Below are positions 14,093-20,061 of a DNA stretch of 20,061 nucleotides, one piece after another. Every line of letters begins with the position of its first letter. Position 1 is the stretch's first letter. The stretch lies in the IMG/VR virus record IMGVR_UViG_3300033177_000036, one strand, 5' to 3'. The DNA is from a virus. The notes beneath the pieces were generated by a model. It had not been told where the DNA came from. It did not search any database and was given only the letters and a program-made list of their open reading frames with translations. A program made the translations under genes and the position numbers.

Positions 14093-15132
14093 TCCTCCAG
14101 GGCGACTGCCTCGAAATTCTCCCCACGATCGAGGATAACGCAATAAATCTTATTTTGACCGATCCACCATACTTCAAGGTCAAAAACGAGGCATGGGATC
14201 GCCAATGGAATAAGCCCGCTCAGTTCTTAGATTGGCTAGGCGAGGTGCTGGAAGAGTTCCGGCGCGTCCTGGCTCCGAACGGGTCGCTCTACCTCTTCGC
14301 GTCTCCGAAGATGGCGGCGAGGGTGGAGCTGAAGGTGGGGGAATATTTCGAGGTCTTGAATAACATTCGATGGGTCAAATCTGAAGGCTGGCATAAGAAG
14401 ACCAACAAAGGCGAGATCCGATCGTTCCTCTCTCCCTGGGAATCGGTCATCTTCGCAGAGCATTTCGGAGCCGATTCGCAGGCCAAAGGCGAGAGCGGTT
14501 ATGGCGCGAAATGCGACGAGCTGAGGGGGTTCGTGTTCGAGCCTCTGAGGGCGTATCTGGACGGGGAACGAAGGCGGGCGGGGATAGACAAGGCAGACTG
14601 TAACGCAGCCTGTGGATTCAAGAGAACGTCGGGTGCGATGGCGTCCCGTCACTACTTCAGTCGGTCGCAGTGGCTGCTACCAACCGAAGAGCATTATAGC
14701 GCCCTCCAAGAGCTATTCAACCGAGACCGCCCCGGCGAGTACTTGCGGCGAGAGTATGAGGACTTGCGGCGAGAGTATGAGGACTTACGGAGGCCGTTCA
14801 CCGTATCCTCAGAAGTCCCGTATACCGACGTCTGGAACTATCCGACCGTCCAGAACTATCCCGGAAAGCACCCCACCGAGAAGCCCTACCAGATGCACAT
14901 CGACGTGATCAACGCCTCCAGTCGCCCAGGTGATACCGTCCTCGATGCGTTCGGCGGGTCATGCAAGGTCTATGACGCCTGCCTGGAACTCGGGCGCGTT
15001 CCCATCGTGATCGAGAAGGACGAAGGATATTATCAAGCCGCCATGAAAAGGATACGAAACAAGCCGATCACGCTCGAAAAAACGATGGCGGCGGCGGAAC
15101 GGCCCCCGGCGACGCTGGAGGACTTCGGATGA
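14089..15132 (+). CDS. Beta-class amino (N6-A/N4-C) DNA methyltransferase, phage type
   Basis: GDCLE...LILTDPPYF (motif IV), HPTEKP, PGDTVLDAFGGS (motif I after motif IV), with the long insertion typical of lambdoid prophage MTases. Confidence 0.92.
   Translation: MILQGDCLEILPTIEDNAINLILTDPPYFKVKNEAWDRQWNKPAQFLDWLGEVLEEFRRVLAPNGSLYLFASPKMAARVELKVGEYFEVLNNIRWVKSEGWHKKTNKGEIRSFLSPWESVIFAEHFGADSQAKGESGYGAKCDELRGFVFEPLRAYLDGERRRAGIDKADCNAACGFKRTSGAMASRHYFSRSQWLLPTEEHYSALQELFNRDRPGEYLRREYEDLRREYEDLRRPFTVSSEVPYTDVWNYPTVQNYPGKHPTEKPYQMHIDVINASSRPGDTVLDAFGGSCKVYDACLELGRVPIVIEKDEGYYQAAMKRIRNKPITLEKTMAAAERPPATLEDFG
14741..14790 (+). repeat. 21-nt in-frame tandem repeat (LRREYED) in the MTase
   Basis: ACTTGCGGCGAGAGTATGAGG at 14741-14761 and 14762-14782, then a partial ACTTACGG. 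Confidence 0.9.
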
Positions 15133-15533
15133 GGCGGATAATCCAAATAGGAAAAAAGAAATACATTGAGGCTTTTACATGGCAAGAGAACCTCGATTTT
15201 TGGGAGGCCTGGCATCGTGACCGATCGCAGCCGGAGCCCCTCGTCTCCGGGCATATCTGGTTCGATCGGCCCGGAGACTTCGGAGGGCGATATGTTGGAG
15301 AGGTGCCTCGATCTGCTGGAGGATCTGGTTTACGAGGCGGTGGGGGTGGAAGAGTGCTTCAATCCAGCCGAATACGAAATCTCCGCCGAGATCGTCCAGA
15401 GGGCGAATCAAATCTTAGCAGACTATGCGCGGTAGAGGCGGGGCTTCCCGGCGCTCGACCCGAAGACGAGAGCGACCCTCTACGAAGGGCGCCCCGGACC
15501 CGGGGTGGGGGATCGACTAGAAAAAAGAATTAG
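15129..15533 (+). CDS. Hypothetical protein; only the first ~55 aa look genuinely coding
   Basis: ATGA coupling to the MTase; the C-terminal part is Arg/Gly/Pro-rich and overlaps the 15292 ORF. Confidence 0.45.
   Translation: MRRIIQIGKKKYIEAFTWQENLDFWEAWHRDRSQPEPLVSGHIWFDRPGDFGGRYVGEVPRSAGGSGLRGGGGGRVLQSSRIRNLRRDRPEGESNLSRLCAVEAGLPGARPEDESDPLRRAPRTRGGGSTRKKN
15292..15435 (+). CDS. Small acidic helical protein, 47 aa
   Basis: MLERCLDLLEDLVYEAVGVEECFNPAEYEISAEIVQRANQILADYAR; SD GGAGGG upstream of ATG 15292. Confidence 0.6.
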   Translation: MLERCLDLLEDLVYEAVGVEECFNPAEYEISAEIVQRANQILADYAR

Positions 15534-15565
15534 TCCGGGAAGTCGCGATCGATCCATTCCCGGAC
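15521..15565 (-). terminator. Hairpin plus T-tract at the end of the minus-strand operon
   Basis: 9-bp inverted repeat at 15533-15541/15557-15565 followed by TTCTTTTTT on the minus strand. Confidence 0.45.
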
Positions 15566-15691
15566 CTGTTGGGACAGGTTGATCCCGGCGGCTTTGATTC
15601 GCCGCCGCTGAGATGCTCGGATCATGATTTCCGAGCGGACGAGAGGGTCGCCGTCGGGCAGCGCCTCATTCCCATGTACCCATTTGTCCAT
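15530..15691 (-). CDS. RHH/CcdA-like regulator, 53 aa (not in the ORF track)
   Basis: MDKWVHGNEALPDGDPLVRSEIMIRASQRRRIKAAGINLSQQVREWIDRDFPD; the GINLSQ.VRE motif is typical of CcdA-like RHH proteins. Confidence 0.75.
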   Translation of the reverse strand: MDKWVHGNEALPDGDPLVRSEIMIRASQRRRIKAAGINLSQQVREWIDRDFPD

Positions 15692-15731
15692 CTTCTCACA
15701 TCTCCTCGAAAATGGGGGCTCAGGGGGGCGG

Positions 15732-16073
15732 TTAGAATGCCCCCAAGACCTCCCTATATGCCCGGTGTGCGTCCCTGGGGTCCATCCCAGAGACGTACTC
15801 GACTAGCCATTGTTCCCAGGATTCTATATCTGAGATGGGCTCGCGGTGGGTTGCCGTCCCAGCATCGCGGTTCCTCGGCCCGTTCTCTTCGTCCCACTGA
15901 AAGAGACAGTCGACATCGACTGACCCTTTCGCTGCTGTTTGAATCTCCGAATATGGCCCGCTCGGGTAGCTGATCTCAGCCCAAAATCCCCCATCTCTCT
16001 CTTCAAAATTCACTATCGCGGTCTTGATGCTGCCTCTTGGCCTGTTCAATTCGATCTCTATTTGTTTCATCAT
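15732..16073 (-). CDS. Hypothetical acidic protein
   Basis: 113 aa, first gene after the TATA at 16108-16115. Confidence 0.75.
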   Translation of the reverse strand: MMKQIEIELNRPRGSIKTAIVNFEERDGGFWAEISYPSGPYSEIQTAAKGSVDVDCLFQWDEENGPRNRDAGTATHREPISDIESWEQWLVEYVSGMDPRDAHRAYREVLGAF

Positions 16074-16093
16074 AGTTCACCTTCACTACATAC

Positions 16094-16170
16094 ATACGTA
16101 CGTATAGTATATATAGATTGCGCTCGGAGCCTCCGGTCACATTCCTTTTGTGCCGTTAACTACTTATACT
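16094..16170. promoter_or_regulatory. Divergent promoters with a palindromic operator candidate
   Basis: TATATATA at 16108-16115 (minus), perfect palindrome ATACGTACGTAT at 16094-16105, TTATA at 16164-16168 (plus). Confidence 0.55.
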
Positions 16171-16190
16171 CACGATACCATGTTAAGGGC

Positions 16191-16328
16191 ATGAAAAAGC
16201 CGTTGATTAGAGTGTCGGAGGAAAATAAGAAGCGGTTGGCCTCTTTCGGCGACGCTTCAGCGACGATGAACGATTGCCTCGGGCGGGTGCTGGATCTCGC
16301 CGAAGCGATGAGGGACGGGGGCGCGTGA
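16191..16328 (+). CDS. Ribbon-helix-helix regulator, 45 aa
   Basis: MKKPLIRVSEENKKRLASFGDASATMNDCLGRVLDLAEAMRDGGA; this is the 3' part of the track's 15939 ORF. Confidence 0.8.
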   Translation: MKKPLIRVSEENKKRLASFGDASATMNDCLGRVLDLAEAMRDGGA

Positions 16329-16343
16329 GGGAGGCAACGCCGT

Positions 16344-16937
16344 ATGGCAAAGGTAGATGAGGAGAAGGTGAAATCCTTCCTTTCGCAGTGGATTCAAGGC
16401 AGGATATTTTGGGAGAAAAAGAACAACTTCGGCTATCCGGTCTTTCAATGTGATACGTCGGAAAGGCCCGATATGCTGATCATAAACAACGGGTATCCCA
16501 TAGCGGTTGAAGTTAAACATGCTAAAAGCACCGGAAACGTCTTGGATGGCGTCGCCCAGACCCTTCGATATGCGAGGGACGGGATCAAGTTCTATGTGGA
16601 TCACCGCGAAATCCAGCCCGCCTGTTATGTACTGGCTACTCAAAATAGTATCCGGGGATGCCTATTCGACTTCGAGAAGAAGAAGGTTCCCGCATCGGAT
16701 GGGCGCGACTATGCCGCTAGGATGGGCGAGATTCCAAACACCGAATACAGGTACACCTTCCAGGCCCTCCGCTCCCTCTGGCGATTCGCCGAGTTTGAAA
16801 GGGATGTTCATGGCTGGAACTGGAACGTCGGGGTAGGGTTCTTATTATCTACGGCTTTGAATAATCCCGAGGGGCCGGTCTTTTCTCCGTTGATTCAGGC
16901 CAAAATCGATAAGCAGCAGTTTATTAAGGTGATCTGA
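16344..16937 (+). CDS. PD-(D/E)XK nuclease, restriction-endonuclease-like
   Basis: RPDMLI...IAVEVK...DGVAQTLRY (PD, ExK and QxxxY motifs); lower GC. Confidence 0.75.
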   Translation: MAKVDEEKVKSFLSQWIQGRIFWEKKNNFGYPVFQCDTSERPDMLIINNGYPIAVEVKHAKSTGNVLDGVAQTLRYARDGIKFYVDHREIQPACYVLATQNSIRGCLFDFEKKKVPASDGRDYAARMGEIPNTEYRYTFQALRSLWRFAEFERDVHGWNWNVGVGFLLSTALNNPEGPVFSPLIQAKIDKQQFIKVI

Positions 16938-19900
16938 TGGACACCGCAACGGAGATCACTGAGGGCCATTATCAGCGACCGGAAGTTAAAGAAGTTATTC
17001 TCAAGCTATGCAGTTATGCCGGGGGGCTCAGGGGGCTCAACGGCGACGAGGGCTGGTATTCGAAGGGTCCGGGAGGATCAGTCAAGCTTCGTGGCCCCGG
17101 TGACTACGACGACACCACGGCGAGGGCCCGATCGCTCTACATGACCGCCGACGTATTCGACCCGAAGGTATTCGATCTGTCGGCTCAGTGGATCGAAGGG
17201 CGAGGAGGCGAGGGGCGGCCAGAGTTCCCCCTGGGAACGAGGGGAGACCTCATATCTTACAGCCTCTTCGCCGATATCGACGCGGTGAAAGATCCCAGGG
17301 GCCCGGATGGGTCGAAGCTATTTCATGAAGGTCGTATCGAGGCCTTGGAAGCGGCGGCGTCTTTTATGGTGCAATACCTGAAAGACCGAGGCATCTCAGA
17401 GTCTGTGGGGGTTTTATTCTCAGGGCAGGGGATTTACGTCTGGCTTCATCCGGCCCTGTCAGATGTATCGGAGAACAGGGCCCTGGCGGGATTCGACCGT
17501 GAAAAGCAGGACCATGATTTTAAGGTCTGGCTCGAAGCATTCAACGCACTCCTCTATGATATTGAGAAGGCGTTTTGTGAGGAGTACCCGGAACACGTCG
17601 GGCGGGTGAAATTCGATAAGCTCAACAATCAGAAACGAAAAATCAAGTGCCTGCTGTCGATTCATAAGACCATGCCTTTTGCGGTCGTCCCTCTTGATCG
17701 GGATGATGTCAAGATTGATCTGGAACGGGCCCGGCTCACTCTCGATGGTGGTCTGCCTTCTGAGACGATTGCTGAAGCCGAAGCGTGGCTGGATGGATGG
17801 AAGGCAGGGGAAGGCGAAAGGAAAGCGCTTATATCTCTTCTAAAGCCCTATGCCACCAAAGCCGAAAGGGACATCTCCCGGAAGGCCAATACATCGGGAG
17901 AGATCAGCCGGGCATCGGAGCCGATACCTATCTTGGATTGGTGTCCATTCTATCAAGCACTGGGGAAGTTCCCGGGAGGTACGGGGGCTCACCGAGTATG
18001 TGGTGCGCTAGCGGCCTGGCTCTACCAAGCTGGCTGGGAAGAGGGAGATGCCTTCGACTTATGGTATAACGTTGCGGCTCGATGTGATGTGGAGACGAGG
18101 ATCTTTTACACGTCTTATGGGGTCATCAATAGCCCGTCATGTAGGACGATCCAGAAGACGAGCGCGGGATATCCGTCTCTCGGCTTCGGGGGGTTGAACT
18201 TGTGCAATCCAAATGAGAAATGCGAGGGGGCGGTCTGGCCGGGCCAGTACGGGACGCAGCCGAAAGACGAACTAAGCGATTTTTGCGTTGAAGTGTCGAA
18301 GAAGGACGGGGGAACGTATTTCAAATTTTCGCCGACGAAGGCGACCGATGCCTTAATCGGGAAGTATTTCGTGCTGGCGGCGTCGAAGATCGATACGGAG
18401 ATCTATTGGTACGATGGACAGATCTACAGGCCTGATGGAGAGAGGAAGATTGACCTGAAGATCGTCTCTGTCGTCGAGGATCGGGCCAACGGGCGGGACG
18501 TGCAAGAGGTGACGAGGCGGATCAGGAACCGGCTTTTAGAGTCGCCGGTCGAATTTGATCCCGATCCGTTCCTTTTAGGCCTGCGAAATGGGGTCGCCGA
18601 TCTGAGGACCGGCGAAGTCCGGGCTTACAGGCCCGACGACCTGATAACGGATATGATCGAAGTCGATTTCGACCCGGCGGCCCGGTGCCCTCAATTCTTA
18701 GGGTTCCTGGAGACGAGCGCCCCTCACATCTCCGACCGTTTCACCCTCATCGATTGGTTCGTCGCCACGGCGATCAAGCTCCCTCTGCCTTACGTCCTTT
18801 TTCTCCTCGGACTGGGGCGGAACGGGAAGGGGCTTTATGAGAACGTTATCAAGAGGTTTTTCGGTGGGGGGGCGTTTCGAGATATGGCCCTGGCCGAGAT
18901 AACCCGGAACAACTTCGCGGCGGCATCGTTCTACAAAAAGAGGGGATGGATCGCGTCGGAGCAATCGGGGAAGAGGAAGAGCACCATCGGGACCGACTTC
19001 ATGAAGCTGACATCCGGGGACGGGACGATCGACGGCGACAGGAAAAACAAGAGCCGGATTCAATTCAGGCCCTACTTCCAGACCATCGTCGATACAAACG
19101 CCATGCCGAAGATCGAGGACACCTCGATAGGCTGGATGGAGCGGTTCGTGAAGGTAGACCTGCCTTACGTCTATGTCGCCGAACCCAACCCCGAAAATCC
19201 CCTTGAACGGAAAAAGGACCCCCTGCTATTAAGCAAACTGACTACCGACGAGGAGCTGTCGGGAATCCTCAACCTGATCCTGTGGAGGGCCCCGGCGGTC
19301 TCCAAAACGATGACGATCCACAAGCGCCCCGCCGCCGTCATGTTTGCGGAGTACACCAGGCAAAGCGCCTCCGTCTTATCGTTCCTGGAGGCCTTCTGTG
19401 AATATGACCCCGAAATCGACCAGGAGAAGCTTATCAACTGGGCAGGCCGCCACCCGACTTATAAAATATACGAATATTATAAAAAGTGGTGTTCGGCTAT
19501 GGTGGGCGAGGTTGTAGACGAGGCCTACTTCGGCCGAAGCGTTAAGCGATTTTGTGGGGGGCGAGACGGTTCCAGGACCAAAGACTCTGATGGGAGAAAT
19601 TGCACGTATTATAGGGGCCTGTTGTTCTATGAGGATAAGGCTAAGGAAGCTATAGATCTTCTACTACCTGAGATCTCAGGTAGTAGTATCTATTCTCAGG
19701 TAGACCGTAGGTATAATACTATAGACAGTAGCCAGGAGATAACGGTTTCTCAGGTATCTCAGGTAAAAGCATGGGATTATGCCCTTAAGAGATTCGGGCC
19801 ATCTCCCTATAGGAGAGAATATGGAAAAAATGGCCTTTTGCCTGTTGTACCTGAGAAACCGTTAACGGGAGACGTTGAAGAAGTTGATTCTACCCGAGAA

Positions 19901-20061
19901 ATACATACCTTTGTCATACATCTACCTGAGAAACTTGACGAAATGGATCAAGTTCTCTCTGAAATGGAGCGCAAAGGAGAAGCTTATCACGTGGAGGTTT
20001 TCGAAATGGAGTTTGATCTGAGAGAGGGAGAAGGAGCCCCGAAGCTGACGGCGAGAGGATG
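16937..20061 (+). CDS. Primase-helicase: AEP (PriS-like), PriL-type 4-Cys domain, D5_N, SF3 helicase and winged helix; 3'-truncated
   Basis: Manual translation from ATG 16937 (TGATG coupling) is open for >1041 codons. Motifs: LFADIDA (17273-17281), SGQGIYVWLH (17420), Cys codons at 17942/18140/18203/18221, LGLRNGVADLRTG, Walker A GLGRNGKG (18809-18832), WIASE, IVDTN. Confidence 0.92.
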   Translation, partial: MDTATEITEGHYQRPEVKEVILKLCSYAGGLRGLNGDEGWYSKGPGGSVKLRGPGDYDDTTARARSLYMTADVFDPKVFDLSAQWIEGRGGEGRPEFPLGTRGDLISYSLFADIDAVKDPRGPDGSKLFHEGRIEALEAAASFMVQYLKDRGISESVGVLFSGQGIYVWLHPALSDVSENRALAGFDREKQDHDFKVWLEAFNALLYDIEKAFCEEYPEHVGRVKFDKLNNQKRKIKCLLSIHKTMPFAVVPLDRDDVKIDLERARLTLDGGLPSETIAEAEAWLDGWKAGEGERKALISLLKPYATKAERDISRKANTSGEISRASEPIPILDWCPFYQALGKFPGGTGAHRVCGALAAWLYQAGWEEGDAFDLWYNVAARCDVETRIFYTSYGVINSPSCRTIQKTSAGYPSLGFGGLNLCNPNEKCEGAVWPGQYGTQPKDELSDFCVEVSKKDGGTYFKFSPTKATDALIGKYFVLAASKIDTEIYWYDGQIYRPDGERKIDLKIVSVVEDRANGRDVQEVTRRIRNRLLESPVEFDPDPFLLGLRNGVADLRTGEVRAYRPDDLITDMIEVDFDPAARCPQFLGFLETSAPHISDRFTLIDWFVATAIKLPLPYVLFLLGLGRNGKGLYENVIKRFFGGGAFRDMALAEITRNNFAAASFYKKRGWIASEQSGKRKSTIGTDFMKLTSGDGTIDGDRKNKSRIQFRPYFQTIVDTNAMPKIEDTSIGWMERFVKVDLPYVYVAEPNPENPLERKKDPLLLSKLTTDEELSGILNLILWRAPAVSKTMTIHKRPAAVMFAEYTRQSASVLSFLEAFCEYDPEIDQEKLINWAGRHPTYKIYEYYKKWCSAMVGEVVDEAYFGRSVKRFCGGRDGSRTKDSDGRNCTYYRGLLFYEDKAKEAIDLLLPEISGSSIYSQVDRRYNTIDSSQEITVSQVSQVKAWDYALKRFGPSPYRREYGKNGLLPVVPEKPLTGDVEEVDSTREIHTFVIHLPEKLDEMDQVLSEMERKGEAYHVEVFEMEFDLREGEGAPKLTARG
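19661..19931. repeat. TCTCAGGTA iteron-like repeats, a 26-bp palindrome and a 17-bp inverted repeat (candidate origin)
   Basis: 9-mer on the plus strand at 19674, 19694, 19748 and 19757; reverse orientation at 19665, 19848 and 19923, with a variant at 19891. Confidence 0.8.

Noticed and set aside
19661-19931. Repeats considered as a CRISPR mini-array or transposon ends
   Set aside because: 9-nt units in mixed orientation with irregular spacing inside an open frame; no cas or transposase gene and no target-site duplication.
1-20061. Integrase/att site, tRNA, reverse transcriptase (DGR), intein or intron
   Set aside because: No supporting motifs seen, and the large ORFs translate without interruption. 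Provirus versus free virus cannot be decided from this window.

Overview
About 20 kb of a tailed (Caudoviricetes, long non-contractile tail type) virus or provirus, most likely archaeal. Evidence for an archaeal host: BRE/TATA promoters, GGTGA/GAGG Shine-Dalgarno motifs, a PriL-type 4-Cys primase domain, an ERCC4-(HhH)2 nuclease and many RHH regulators. A GC-rich Methanothrix/Methanosarcinales-like host is only a guess. Positions 1-8561 (minus) are the morphogenesis operon: scaffold, P22-coat-like major capsid protein, a signal-peptide protein with 8 NxT sequons, neck proteins, a small membrane-protein cassette, tail terminator, two tail-tube paralogs, a tail chaperone with a predicted -1 frameshift, and a tape measure protein running off the left edge. 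No terminase or portal lies next to the scaffold gene. Positions 8805-16073 hold several short operons, most headed by an RHH gene: Bet recombinase, Gp157/Gam-like protein, ERCC4 nuclease, beta-class DNA methyltransferase and many small hypothetical genes. Positions 16191-20061 (plus) encode an RHH, a PD-(D/E)XK nuclease and a >1041-aa PriS-PriL(Fe-S)-SF3 helicase fusion (absent from the ORF track because it is truncated). Its 3' part carries iteron-like repeats and a perfect 26-bp palindrome, a candidate origin. All family assignments come from motif recognition by eye, not from database searches.
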